Of a stretch of DNA of 64,000 nt, positions 9,956 through 23,200 are shown one piece after another; position 1 is the stretch's first letter, and each line of letters starts with the position of its first letter. Made by a program: the position numbers and the translations under genes. The stretch is from a virus: IMG/VR virus record IMGVR_UViG_3300012953_006686, positions 1 through 64,000 of that record; one strand, written 5' to 3'. Below the pieces are notes generated by a model. The model had not been told where the DNA came from, did no database searches, and saw only the letters and a list, made by a program, of their open reading frames with translations.

Positions 9956-10498
9956 TTATTTAAATTCATCAAATTTTGTTTCACTGCTTGAATCTAAATT
10001 GATCTCACTTATTGCCGCGGCGACTTTTTGAATTGCAAGCTCAGGAAGTTCAATAGCTTGGGTATCCGAAGATCTTTGTTTAAATTGTCTTTGTTTTTTA
10101 CCTAATTTATAAAATGGATCATCCGGATCGGGAAACTTGTCCTTTGCATCTTTCTTTTTGTTTTTAAGATTTTTCAAATTTTTATCTTCAATGTTGGGAT
10201 TTTCAATTGTTTCGCTGTCGCTGACTGTCTGCTTTAAATCTAAATCTGCATCAAATTCTGTGTTTATTGTTATGCCAAAAGCCCCCAAAAGAGTCATTGC
10301 GTCTGCTGTTACAGAGTCTACAGTGGGATAATGCACTAAATTTTTATCTGACAGTTTTTTCATCGCCGACTTGATCAAATACTCGTCTTTATCGTTTTTA
10401 TCAATATTTTTCCCATTAACTTTCTTTTTTTTTCTAAAGGACAGTTTTTTTTCTATATCATCTTTATTCAAATGTTTAAAATCTAGTTTTCTTTTCAT
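9956..10498 (-). CDS. Hypothetical Lys/Asp-rich protein
   Basis: 180-aa ORF that fills the gap, with AAGGA RBS. Confidence 0.6.
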   Translation of the reverse strand: MKRKLDFKHLNKDDIEKKLSFRKKKKVNGKNIDKNDKDEYLIKSAMKKLSDKNLVHYPTVDSVTADAMTLLGAFGITINTEFDADLDLKQTVSDSETIENPNIEDKNLKNLKNKKKDAKDKFPDPDDPFYKLGKKQRQFKQRSSDTQAIELPELAIQKVAAAISEINLDSSSETKFDEFK

Positions 10499-10515
10499 GC
10501 GTTTTAATCCTTCTA

Positions 10516-13182
10516 TTAATATGAAGATGTTTCACCTTCAGTTCCACCAAGCCCCGAAGTATCGCCGTCAAATGAATCATCTTCTTTCTCACCTTCCTCG
10601 GATTCTCCAAAGTCAGCCCCTGAAGTTTCTTTATCTTCACTTTCTGTCGCTACACACTTATTAATACCAGAATCACATTCATAATCAGAGCCGTACAAAT
10701 CTTCACATTGGGAATCTAATGTACAATAGTCTTTCGATACACATTCTTGATTTGTCCAGCATTTTTCTCCAGAAGCACAGTCAGAATCTGATTCACAAAA
10801 AAATTCAGCTGTTGTCCATGCTGTGGGCCACGGTGTGCCAGAACCAACCGGCAATGTATATGTAATTTCTTGTTCTCTAGAATAAGAATCTAATATGTCC
10901 TTTATGGTCCCTGAAATAATATCGTACATTGTTTCCATTTTTTCGTAAAAACTCTGTATACCGGTCAGTGTGCCTGTTACGGGATTGATTTTATCAATTA
11001 TAATTAAAGATTCTTCCATTATTAATTCTTTATCGCCGCCATAGCTATCGTAAATTAAATCTTTAAATAAATTATATACCACAGGAGCAACATTCCATGG
11101 CGCCGTTTCTGGCGAATCAATATAAATACCCATAACGGTTTCAATAAAGAAGGAGTTAAATTCATCTGTAGAGGTGTTTGCCGAACACAAGCTATTAGCT
11201 GCTTCAAGATAGTCTGACAAATCAGAAAGCCGATCAGTCAACATTTTATCTATTTGGGCGGCAGTCTGTCTAGTAGAGTCGCGAATAGTTATGTGTGCCC
11301 CGTAATATCTTGCTTCTTCTGCAGGCAGGTTTTTAAAAAAATCTTGATATTCAAACAACATAAGCCTGTAATCAGAAGACGGCTGTGTTGTGGCAATCTC
11401 TCCTGTTGTCACTGAATAGGGGCGCACCACTAACATGGGCAATTGTGAGGTTACGCCGAAGCCATATTTAGAACTCTCGCCGGAAGGACCAAGAACTTCT
11501 GAGGTATATGGAAAGATTAAATTGTTTACATCGCCTGAAGAATTTAATGCTCTAGTTTCGTCCGTTCTGGGGTATGATGGACTGTCGTCTTTATCCTTCA
11601 TGTAAGTTAATATTTGTACCCAATTATCCGTGAGACTTTCACAAGGTAAATTTTCACATCTAAAGATGCGAGCTTCTGTAACGTTAAAGGAAGCGTAAGT
11701 AAAATCAATTCCAAATAAATTTATTAATTTTTCCATGTCGTAAACTTGCGAAATTGCCGAAGTAGTAAATAAAGCTTTTTGATAATCGAACATAAAAAAT
11801 CCATATCCCGTATACATTTCAGTGATATCGTCATATTCAATACTCTGTAACCAATTGGGATAGATATACTCAAAACCAGATGACTCTAAAGTTGCGAGGT
11901 CGACCGCACTTGTTGGTTGTGCATATTCTTCTGCCTCTCTTGTTCTTTCATCTAAAATTTTCAAATTTCTTATTACTCTTTTCGAGACAGGGGTCGACTC
12001 CTTGAGTGTTGAATTTATTGAATACAATAATTTTCTAAAATCACGATACAACTTTCCAACCTTATTGGTTGAACTTTTACTTGGAAACATATTTTTTAAA
12101 GTATTTAATTGCGGAATTAACTCCGTAGAATCTCTATAGGTATCCAATACGGTAGATATTTGATTTGTTATATTGTTAAGGGAATAATCAGTACTAGGCG
12201 ACCTGATTAAAGAACTAAAAGAGTCTAAAATAATTTCACGCGATATTTTATCTGGTATGTAATATTGTTGAGTAGTAGATTTAAGCGGCACGTTTTCGTA
12301 AATTGATCCATCTGTTCTTAAAAATTCTGTCTGTTTCTGCGAGATAATCGACATATTTAACAAGGGACTTTGCCAATCAGCCCCACTAGTGTAGTCGACA
12401 TTGTTGGTCACTGTTTCATATGAAACCGCGCTGATTCTGGTTGCGGCTAAGGCATTGTTATTTAAAACTACGCTAACTTGTTCTTGAATTTGCAGATCGA
12501 CAGCGGTACTAAATGCGCCAACATAAATTCCGGCATCCCAATTTTTCCAAATATAATAATCAGGGGCGTTCTCAATTCCATTAGGCCATTCTGAGTCAGA
12601 CCCTTCCGTAGCTATGGAATCTTGTGAATCAGAATCTAGCAAATAATAATTATTTTTTAATTCAGAAGCATAACTTTGCCACAATCCCCCTATAGTTTCA
12701 CGACTCATCAAGTCATCAGAATCGATAGCGTCAATTGATTTAGTTATTCTAAACTCCCAAACGGGAATTCCCGTATCAGTGGAATTTTCTGTATCTGTTA
12801 AGTATGTGTATTTAGTATTCCCCTCTTCGTCTATTGAAGATTGAAAAATATTATCGAGCGCTATGTATCCATCGCCAAAGTCTATTGGGCTTTCTTGAAA
12901 TTCAGTTTGCACTTCTTGATCTTGTAGATAGTTTAAAACACTGGCTTCTCCAGAAATAACTTTGTTGATTCTAGATGGGCGCACAGTCAAATATATATAA
13001 AATTTAAGCTTATCTCCAAGAGCATTAATAGCGGATTCAGGATCAAAACTCCCATCACTATTTAATAGAAAGATAGATAAATGTATATCGAGACCGGTGT
13101 CAGTTACAGATACTCGTCGAATATATGGAGATGGCATATACAAGCCAATATTTTGCACAACATTGCCATTTAGTACTAACAT
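10516..13182 (-). CDS. Large acidic putative virion protein with C-terminal Cys-rich repeats
   Basis: 888-aa ORF ending in two four-Cys modules followed by an acidic low-complexity tail. Confidence 0.65.
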   Translation of the reverse strand: MLVLNGNVVQNIGLYMPSPYIRRVSVTDTGLDIHLSIFLLNSDGSFDPESAINALGDKLKFYIYLTVRPSRINKVISGEASVLNYLQDQEVQTEFQESPIDFGDGYIALDNIFQSSIDEEGNTKYTYLTDTENSTDTGIPVWEFRITKSIDAIDSDDLMSRETIGGLWQSYASELKNNYYLLDSDSQDSIATEGSDSEWPNGIENAPDYYIWKNWDAGIYVGAFSTAVDLQIQEQVSVVLNNNALAATRISAVSYETVTNNVDYTSGADWQSPLLNMSIISQKQTEFLRTDGSIYENVPLKSTTQQYYIPDKISREIILDSFSSLIRSPSTDYSLNNITNQISTVLDTYRDSTELIPQLNTLKNMFPSKSSTNKVGKLYRDFRKLLYSINSTLKESTPVSKRVIRNLKILDERTREAEEYAQPTSAVDLATLESSGFEYIYPNWLQSIEYDDITEMYTGYGFFMFDYQKALFTTSAISQVYDMEKLINLFGIDFTYASFNVTEARIFRCENLPCESLTDNWVQILTYMKDKDDSPSYPRTDETRALNSSGDVNNLIFPYTSEVLGPSGESSKYGFGVTSQLPMLVVRPYSVTTGEIATTQPSSDYRLMLFEYQDFFKNLPAEEARYYGAHITIRDSTRQTAAQIDKMLTDRLSDLSDYLEAANSLCSANTSTDEFNSFFIETVMGIYIDSPETAPWNVAPVVYNLFKDLIYDSYGGDKELIMEESLIIIDKINPVTGTLTGIQSFYEKMETMYDIISGTIKDILDSYSREQEITYTLPVGSGTPWPTAWTTAEFFCESDSDCASGEKCWTNQECVSKDYCTLDSQCEDLYGSDYECDSGINKCVATESEDKETSGADFGESEEGEKEDDSFDGDTSGLGGTEGETSSY

Positions 13183-14177
13183 GTTTCAGGCTCCGTCTCA
13201 GTTCCATATATATCGTAATACAGCTCTTCTACTGCCTCTTGATCGCATTGAAATTCAAGATCAATATAATATGACTCTTTATTAAAATAATCAGCACCTT
13301 TGCATGCTAATGACTGTTCTACCCCATTATCAACCATTACGTTAAAATAATAATCGGCAAAATCTGTTTCTGATAGTCCTGTGGTTTCTTCAGGAATACC
13401 GGGCTGTTGTAAAACTAAAAGCCCATCTATGATTTGAGGTTTAAACGTTTTAAAATATTTTCTTTGCAATTCTGTTACTATCTGACCAGAATCATCCGAT
13501 CCCGTAGTCACATGATACATTTCAATATCGAAATTTTCTACTAACAAATCAGTGTTTAATTCTTCTATATAAAACACCAAGTCTTGTCTCATTAGTGCTA
13601 CAGTTTTTTTATCTTTGAACTCTGCCGTTTGTTCTGTTAGTTCTCTGAAGCTGTCTGCTTTATAATTTATATTCCAGTCAATGGTTTTTTTCTTATATAT
13701 AACATCAATATCTATTTGTGGTATATCAATATTGTTGCTTGTATCATATTCAGCGCTGCTGCTAATTTGTCCTTGTAAAAGTGCTATTTTCCATACCGGG
13801 GCTCTCTGCGGCTCACCGCTAATGTGACCATCGCCAATTGGCACACTAAATCTAAAGGAATCTTTGCGGGGGGTTTTTTGAATCGCGGTGACGTCATTGC
13901 TGAAAAAATTTATTTCGCCAATTGACGCGTCATCCGTTAAATTTTCAACATCTTCAAATAAAACAAGGCTTTCTATATACGGAGTATCTTCTTTTATTCT
14001 CTTGTGCGCATCATTTTGTCTTTCAAAAAGACCAGCATACTGTGCATCATATAAAACATTATCATCATAAAAAGTATAATACACAGGCTTAAACTTGCCG
14101 GTCGATAATAAGTGGCGCCCATATGATGTTAATTTAAGATCATAAACTTGTTCTTTCTTGTTTAAAAATTTTGCCAT
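13176..14177 (-). CDS. Virion structural protein, N-terminus related to 5554..6570
   Basis: DLKLTSYGRHLLSTGKFKPVYYTFYDDNVLY aligns by eye with DAVLTDLGREKMATGDFSVSYFALGDDEIDY. Confidence 0.65.
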   Translation of the reverse strand: MAKFLNKKEQVYDLKLTSYGRHLLSTGKFKPVYYTFYDDNVLYDAQYAGLFERQNDAHKRIKEDTPYIESLVLFEDVENLTDDASIGEINFFSNDVTAIQKTPRKDSFRFSVPIGDGHISGEPQRAPVWKIALLQGQISSSAEYDTSNNIDIPQIDIDVIYKKKTIDWNINYKADSFRELTEQTAEFKDKKTVALMRQDLVFYIEELNTDLLVENFDIEMYHVTTGSDDSGQIVTELQRKYFKTFKPQIIDGLLVLQQPGIPEETTGLSETDFADYYFNVMVDNGVEQSLACKGADYFNKESYYIDLEFQCDQEAVEELYYDIYGTETEPETC

Positions 14178-14207
14178 TTTTGTTCTCTATATAATTATGC
14201 TGATAAT

Positions 14208-17200
14208 TTATTCTTCTTGTTGTTCTTCGCTTTTATACAAGACCTCGGCGTCAAATTTAATTAACTCAACGAACGAAAAGAAATCATAAGGCCAATTAAA
14301 TCGTATAGGATAAGCTGCTGTGGCTTGGGGAGTCAGCTCTTTTGACGACTCGCCGGCTTGAGAAGAGCGAATGTCATTATAAAGGGATTGAGATTTTTGC
14401 TTGACTTTAAAAACCATCCATCGAAGATTTGGATCCATTAAATTATCAGAATTTAAACGCTCCGTAATGTCAATATCGTCTGCTTGACTTTGTGCCTCAG
14501 TTATTATTTTTTTATAATCTCTTGGCGCTAAATTTTGCCACATATAATTGAGATCATGATTATCAAATTTATATTCAAACTCAAACATATATAACACAAT
14601 TGGGTCTATTGAAATATCATTTAAGAAATCAAATTGGGGTGGTAAAATATATTTGTCCATCTTTTGAACCATTTTTCTAATCGATTGTCCAACTGATTCA
14701 GTCGAATCTCCATCAGCGGTTCCTTGAGCGGTCGTTGTGCATGCATCGATCTTTTCTCTAGCGATTGAGAAAAAGTTCTTTCTCGTAGAAGCCTGTTCTC
14801 CGCTTACTTCTTCACCTTCTGAGAGCGCTTCTTCTAAGTATGGTATCGCCACAACCGCCTCTTTTATTGTTTGGCTATGTCCGATTTCACCTAGGCGTAT
14901 TGAATCTCCTTCCGTGAACTTGATCAAGTCAGTAATTGGCTTATAAGTTCTAGCTATTTTTGTAGCGTTTGAAGATGTATAATTGTTATATATAGAGTTC
15001 ATCAGTCTAGAGTGCGGATGTAACAGTACCCACTCGCGAGGAATTTCTCCAATATTTAAAAATATTCCCACTGAAGGCTTTATCGGAGGAGTTCCGAACT
15101 GATGCCACATTCCGCGCGGTGTTGAACTACTAGCAAATGTTGGAATTTGAATAGTGTTGTTTGATGCTGATATTGGGTGGTCGGCAACATCACTAAAATT
15201 AAGTATTGGTGTTTCCCATTTTGGCTCAATAACCCAGCGCATGCCGGCGGTTTCATTTTCTTCAGATTGTACTAACTGTCGCGCACTTCTTTGTTTCAAA
15301 ACACGCTCAACGCCGAGATAATTAAAACTAGCGCTCAATTGCATTGCATTAGCGTTGATATTTTTACCGTCAACAATCAAGTCCCCACCTTCATGCTGTC
15401 GCGCTGAAATTCCCAAGTTGCCGCTAAAACAAGCTATTAGCTGTGGACCTCGCAATCCAAGGTGTGGCGATCCAGGAGACGTATTTGGCAATTGAGAAGC
15501 GCTCGGTCCGGAGTCAAAACGCCAATGATATACTTGTAGCTCTGATAATATTCTTTCCAAATCGTACACTTCACCAGATTTAGGAAAGAATGTTACATCA
15601 AGCCACGCTTCTCCGTCATAGTATGACGGTGTATAAGGTACATTGTGTCCGTTCATAGAATCAAACGGCTGCGAGTAATAAATTCTTGGATCATTATGAC
15701 CCATTGCTCCAGTTGGGCGCCCAGCTATAGGAGGACCAAAAGCTGTAGGTCTACTATACATGCAGTGATTTTTGCGAAATACATTTTTCGGAGCCTGTCT
15801 AGGATCTTGAGGAATCGGATAAACAGAACCGGTTAACCAAACACCACCGAGCATCCCATTAGCGCCATTCTTGGCGTATCCTGCATTATCACCCGAAGAA
15901 CCGGATTCGTATTCATATGTTCTGACGCCTTGCCATGACTGTCCCAAGGTAATTCTTCCCATATAAGCTTCGTTATCTTTAAATCTCAAATCGTCAGTGA
16001 TAACGTCAGACTTAAGCTGGCTCATGGCATTATCCTTTAGGTAAAATTTTGGAACTTCTGCTAAAAAGTTCGAAGCCATCATTTTATAAATTTGATCGGT
16101 TGGCTGGCCAGAAAAAACACCTGTTACCGGCAAAGAGCAGCTCGGATCAGGCTCAATATCATAAAAAGACATTCCTTTCATGTATTTTTCAGGATTAATT
16201 ATTGTTTCAAACGGAAGCCTTCTAAACCAGCTTCCACCCTTGTACATTGCAAGGCGATCATTAGGGCTAGCACCTGCATCCCAATTGTTGGTGACCATCC
16301 AATTTGGAATATTGTCACTTGCAAGCCCATAAGAGCCGCTCTCAATCCTAGTAGGTTCTGACGGTACTGGAAAATCGACGGCTATTCCCGATTTAATTGA
16401 ATTATATAAAATTCCTGGTGCAAACAATGGCTGGATAGTCGGATTCCATCCACCGTCTGCAGAAGAATAACTAGTACCAAATGCAACTGAAGATATTGCG
16501 TCTGAATATGATTTAGAAAATTGTTGCACTAAATCTATTGTTCTTTGGGCAGGGAAAAATCCTTTTTTAAAATCTGGTCTAATAATTGCTTTGCAGGTTA
16601 ATTTAATTTGTGATGGATTTAGCTTTGTTATGTCTTTGATTCCCACAAAAGCACTCATAAATTCAGTATTTGAATAATCTAATAACAACGAGCCAGTCGT
16701 TCCGCTATTTAGATCTCCTAATTCAAATACATCGCTAACTTGATATGAATTAACGCCTTCTTTAATAAAGTTTTCGACATGATTACTTATTCTAAATTCT
16801 GGAATAACCGAGTAGTCTTTGCCTATAAAGCCCAGATCGTATTTATATTCATCATAGTTGTCCCACCATGGTTCTGATGAGGCTGACACAAACTCGTTAA
16901 TGCCATTTGTGCGCTTAAAGTATCCGGCATTTTTTGGTGCATCCCAGTGTGCCTCTCCGCCAAATTTATTAATTTTATGGTTATATGGCGACCAAAGACC
17001 ACCAGTCTGTGGAATTATACTTCCATTTGGACCCACTACTGACTTAGGGGAGGGTAAACAATGCTTTCTTGCGTATAAAGCGCCGGGTGCGCGAGCTTCG
17101 ATTTTAAACGTTTCTCTAGTAGCTGACCCTGAATAAATTGCAGGGTTTAAATTCGCTACTTGAAAATAAACATTTTGTAATTCGCCGCCTGCTTGAATAT

Positions 17201-20200
17201 TATGGCGTAAAACATCAGCTTCTGAATTTGCCATATATGGGGCGGCGGAGCGTGTTAGGAAACCGGCGGGCGCATCTAAAATCCAACTACTCTGTCTAAC
17301 ATTAATACCGCAGGAATTAGTAATAACTAAAGATGTGCCAGTATATATTCTATCGGTAAAAGCTTTTCTCCAAAATTTATTATTGTAAGAAGGACGATTA
17401 TACGATGATGCGCTTCGTTCGTTTTCTAAAAGAGGAAAAAGTGTTTCAGAGTATTTAACCCAATTAACATGATATCCCGGCGTTGTATCAGCAATGTTAA
17501 TTGTTGCTTCAAAAGGTCCTATTTTCTCTGTATGAGAACTGATTAATAAATTATCTAACTCTGTGGAGTTAAAATAGACATTTTTATTATTATATGTTGT
17601 TGTCAGGGTAACATTCTCTGTTGTGTTCGCCCCTTCTGCGTCAAGAACGTCAATATTTAAATTAATATTTATTGGTTGGGCGCGAGATGATACCGGTCTA
17701 AAGGTATAATTTTTGATTTCATTTTTTTCATATATACTGAAAGTGTTTTGTTTTCTTTGTAGTTTTAGAACCGGGTGATCTTGTTGTCTGGTTTTTTTCC
17801 AGCCCCAGCCGTATGAAGCACCGCGATGTGACATCAGAAGATTAAACGTGTCTGCTCTGGTATTAAACTGGTCTATCGAGCCAGAAATTACACCAACCTT
17901 TTTCACTAATGCATTATTAATATAATTCGATATTTCTGTTCCAAGTGCTTTTCCTGAAGAGTTTGATAGACTTGTTTCTGTTACCTCATTTACTGGATCT
18001 ATAACAAATAGATTTAGCCTGCTTGTTGGTTGTATAAAGTTATCACTTGTTGCAGCCGTCCTATCTCCAGGCTTGCAAACATCGCTAGCAGTAACATAAT
18101 TGAAAAATGGCACGTACCCGCCAGAGCCGGAATAATAGCCTGCAAAATCACCAGTAACAGTAGCATATCCATAATATCTAATATCTACATCACCACTCAT
18201 CATTGCGCCTGTAACCCAAGCATATTGCCTGTCATTTCTGGGAATCTGATGTTGAACCCAAAAATTATCATATTGAGATGATGTTGCTGGAGAGCCTTCT
18301 GAGCTTTCAATTATAAAGGGCTTCCTGTTTCTGTTAATTTTATTGAATGCCGGCAATTCGTCATATGATGCGCCCGGTGCTGTGACATGTAGGGAATCTC
18401 TCCCAAATCTTCCGGCATGCCGAGACAAGTGAGATCTTAATCCGTAATCTTTACCATGTATGTCCGATACTTTAATTCCCGGTGTGCCGGCCGCAAAGGA
18501 GCCGCTTTCAGAATATGAGCCTGACGGACCTTGAGAAAGCTTTCTAACCGTTAAGTTTCTATAATTGATTGTATTATAGACTGAATATTCTGCCGCTCTA
18601 ATATCGCAATATCCAAGACCCATTGTCTCGATGCCGCCGGGTGCGGAAAATCTTCCAATGATAACAGATTTGTTGGTCGAACGAGGTGAGCGCAAATACC
18701 CTAAAGAATATGAAGGTATAAGTTGAAAATGCCTATCTCCTTGAGAAGAGGTCTGGATTCCTGTCGATACTAATACTCGATTATCTGTGTTTCGACGGAT
18801 GTCGTAAATCGTCCTACCTTGAGACGCAGACGGTGTATCGGTTATTTGACTCGGTAATTCTGGCTGATTGTCTATAAATCCTCTTGGGTTAGAATATCCA
18901 CCAACAGTATGTACAACTTCATAGTTGTGATTGTAATTTCCAAGAATTGTCGAGCCGGTCGTGTGATGAATGTTACGAATATTAACGGGTCGTTTTGCTA
19001 CATGATCGCGATAATAAACAGCTTTTTGTGAAGCTGTCACCGGATATGGAGTAATTCCTTCGTCATTTGCTTCAGGCCATGGGTAATCGGCTCCTACCAT
19101 GCCAATAGCGCCGGAAGCTGCTGGTCCTTCTGGTACAGCTGTGCAAGTACCCAGGACAATTTTCCAGGCTTCTGGTCTGTTTGTGTAATCATCTAGAGAG
19201 CCTGTGTTAATATCAATATGTCTAGACTGGTGACCGCCGACAACATGGTTTGTAAATGGTCCCTGCATTGGAACTTCCATATCAGGTCCATATACATCAT
19301 TATGTAAATTAGTAATTGTTATACTGGCTGTTACTCTTTCTTGGACTCTTTTATTGTATCCACTAGAAAGAGAGCCTCTATCGAGTGACGAACTAAAAAT
19401 ATTAAATGGAAATACATACGAAGATTTTACATTTGAGTAGCTATTGCCGTCTCCCCAGTCGCGACCGTGTTGAGCTTTATAATATCTTCTGACTTTTTTA
19501 TTTGGGTCTGTAATATCTGCAGATACGTCTATAGACTGTGACAATTCATCCGTAAATGCTAATAAAACATTTTCCGGAACAAATATTCCTCCCGAATGAT
19601 TTACAGGACCAGCTGGATATAGCGCATTATATGTAAAATGAATATTTTTATTATCTCTGAAGTTCACACCGCCTTTATATGTCTGTGTTCTGAACGATTT
19701 CAAGCTATACGGCTTTGCACGCTTACGCCACATATATGATGATCCATAATATCCGCTTTTTGCTGTTGTTGTTAGCAAACTAGCGCTAGCATTACTGTCG
19801 TTTACAATAGATTTGCGAATAGTTTCTCGATCGTTATCGGCAGCAGAAACCCCTGCAGTAGAACCTGTAAACACAAGAGAATCTCTTTCCCATCTTTGAT
19901 TCCACCATAATGAGTTAGTGTTTTGTTTGTTATTTAACGGATGGTGGGCAATTCGCCAATTATAATTTTTTTCGTTAATCCCCATAATTGGAAAATCGGG
20001 ATCGTTGCCTGCAAATTCAATTGTAGGAAATTTTGTTTGATACTTATTTCTTTCCAGCACATGGCTTTCAACCACATTTAATACACTGTCAACATAATCT
20101 ACAGAAGCAGGTAATAGTTGCGATATTATCTCACTGAGAGCCTGATCAAACCACTTATAATATGTTACATATTTTTCAACATCGGAAACCTGAGTAGCGC

Positions 20201-23200
20201 GGCGAAAGAAAGCTTCTCTTAATTTTTCTAAATTCTTGTATCTTTCTCGATATCTGTTTACTGGGGCGCCTATTAAATTATTAAAGTCAACTGATCCGGC
20301 AAAAAAATCTAGCATCTCTTCAGAAATTGCGTTATACATGCTTTTTTCAATAGTGTACACAAATGTTGGTGGCGTTGGATCAATACCGAACGATTTATCA
20401 TCCTCTGAAAGGATTTGAATCATGTCTGAAGATATCGCCGCTTCTGGATCTATAAATTTATATGAGTTAACTGTTTCTTTTTCAATAACTGTTGTGGAGG
20501 ATTTCGCAAATCCATATCCGTATCCAGTGTGTTGTTTTTCAGATAAGCTTCCAATCCACCCATATTTAGTCTGTTCTACAGCAGAGCCTGAAGATGCGTC
20601 CTGAACATAAAAATTTCCTGCCGCGTCGGAGGTCGTTACATTGTTGAAATTCCAATCTAAAAACAACATTTTATTGTTTTGCACATCGTAGTTCTGATTA
20701 TTGGGATCTTTGGGAGATATGTTTTGATATGATCCGGAAATACCAATATTATCTATATCAAAAGCATGTTGATCTAAATCTTTATCATCAAGATATCTGC
20801 CCCAATATTTAATATTAGACACCTTTACATCAGAATTTGTTAAAATAGCGCCGGTGACATTGGTTCGGCGGGCGCCCACGTATAGTCGTTTAGCGCTGCT
20901 AAGCATATTTTGCCCAAGAGCTTTAGAAATTGAGGCTGTCAGGAAGAAGCTGTTCTGTATGTTTCCTAAATAAGTATTAACACCTCTAAACTCAAGATTA
21001 TATGTATAAAAGCTCGAACCGGATACTATATCAGTTACCGGCCAATTGCTGGGCTTAAGCCTGACCGATATGTTCCATCGACTATCATCATATACGTTGT
21101 AAAAAATACTGCTGGTGAGTTCGGGAAGGGGAAATGGATTGATTGATGATGTAATTTTAAAATATACATTTTTAGATCTGCGACCATCTTTAATGGCATA
21201 TACCTCAAAATTTGCACTATCAGTTGTTGCCCATTTAGTACCGACATCATCATTAATTGACGCAGACACCACTCCAAAAAGAGAACTTTCTATATTCGTT
21301 TTTGCGTATTTTAATTTTCGTATATTAAAGGAAGGAAATAAAACATCTGATTCAACAGTAAAGCCATATTTGTTTTCATAGCCAGACGCAACGCTACCAT
21401 AAATATAGTTTGATGAATTGTTCCCTGAGCCACTTTTTGCATTATATACGACGGCGGCGGAGTTGTCTTCGGTATCAAAATTGATCGATGTCTTATTTCT
21501 TAGCGTTTGCCTTAAATTATTTTTTAATTCGTATACATTATTGTTGGAATAAATATTCAGTCTAATTAATCTTTCGTCTATATTAAAACATCTATATAAA
21601 TTACGAATAGACTTTTCAGTTCCTTTTGCTTTATAAATATCTGCTAAATTATTGTATAGATTAAGATAAATTAAATTCTTTGTTTCTTGTAAATCGTTCT
21701 CAAACATCATGGTTCCGTCGCGATTTACAAATTTTTCTAATACGTCAGCTTCAATAAACAAATCTGGAGTCGCCAACCCTAAAGATTGAGGCAAGTGTCG
21801 CGCGAATGGTACCGGAGTATATGACGCACTAGTATAAATTGGGCTTTTTAATTTAGAGAGGGACTTAATTTGTAGATATAACTTATCTAAATAAGAGCCA
21901 ACAATGTGGCTAACTAATTTGGTATCAGTTGTCTTAGAATCCCCTTCTTCTTCGGAAATCCACGCAGGAAGCATAGAAACAAAAGCAGAATTATTAGTAG
22001 AGTCATAATCTGTTCCTCTGTTCAATAGTTCTGTTTTAAGTGCAGAAACGTCTGGGTGATCTGCGTATATGATCGGATCCTTATATTCAGAAGATGCTGC
22101 ATTAGATTCTACTATAGCAGAATTAACATTTCTAGAATTAGATGTATACCCTACCCAACTACCGTTAGTGAGCCTTCCCGAATAATCAAGTACAACGCTA
22201 TCTACTGTTGAGTCTGCTGTAATTCCTTCGTTAAATTTATAATAAATTCCAAGAGTTGCGTTATTTACCTCTGTGTTGGAGCCTCCGTAGACCGGCGCAA
22301 AATAGTTCTTTGCAATTTGTTCTGATGTTCTTTTTGCTTTCCAAAATCTGAATTCATCAACGGATCCACTTAATTTTGCAGATCCAGTTGAGGCATTACT
22401 ATAGGCTGGAGCCGATGCCAGAGCACCTATACGACCCACCATATTCTTTGAGTTTAATTCGTTTATTTTTGCAGAGGCGAATGTGCTTTCTTTGTTTAGC
22501 TGACCATCAACATAAAAATTACATTTAAAATCGCTTCCGGAATTATACATCGCAAAGGCATAATGATGCCAATTGCCATCAGCCACAAGACCCTCGCCAA
22601 CTTGGCTTAGGTGAATTCCTTTACCAGAAGTGTTAACAAAAGAACTTTCTGGTTTTGGGCTAGCGGAACTCGGGACGGCGCCGCTCATAACAGTAAGATA
22701 AAACGGAGAATCTGACCATATTCCAGAGCCGGTCATTTGAATTGTTATTCTTCCATAATCGACACTAGCAGAAGAAGCGTTGTTCCAAGCATCAAAAACT
22801 ACTTGTTTATAAGTTGTTGATCCAGCTGGCGATAAAGAGCCGCTCTTAAGCCAAAACTCAACCGTCACACCTGTATCAAAATTTGATTTAAGATTAGAAG
22901 TCCTAGTGCCAACGCCGTAATCGCCGCGGAGACCCTCTGAAGTATAAATATCTGAATTATAAATGTTGGCTTTATTAATTTTACTGTTTAAGTCGGATGG
23001 AAAAATTTCTTTTAACTGTCCTCCGTTTGAAGACGTGTGTGGTCCTCCTTTAAATACAATATATTCTAGCGTATCTGATAGTCCATAACCGTCTACAATG
23101 CTCGTAGTGGTTCCATAACCGTCAGGGCTTAAAACAGCATATCCATTTGTTCGCGGATAGCTATTATTAAAAATATATTTTTCTATTTCTAAGGAATTGT

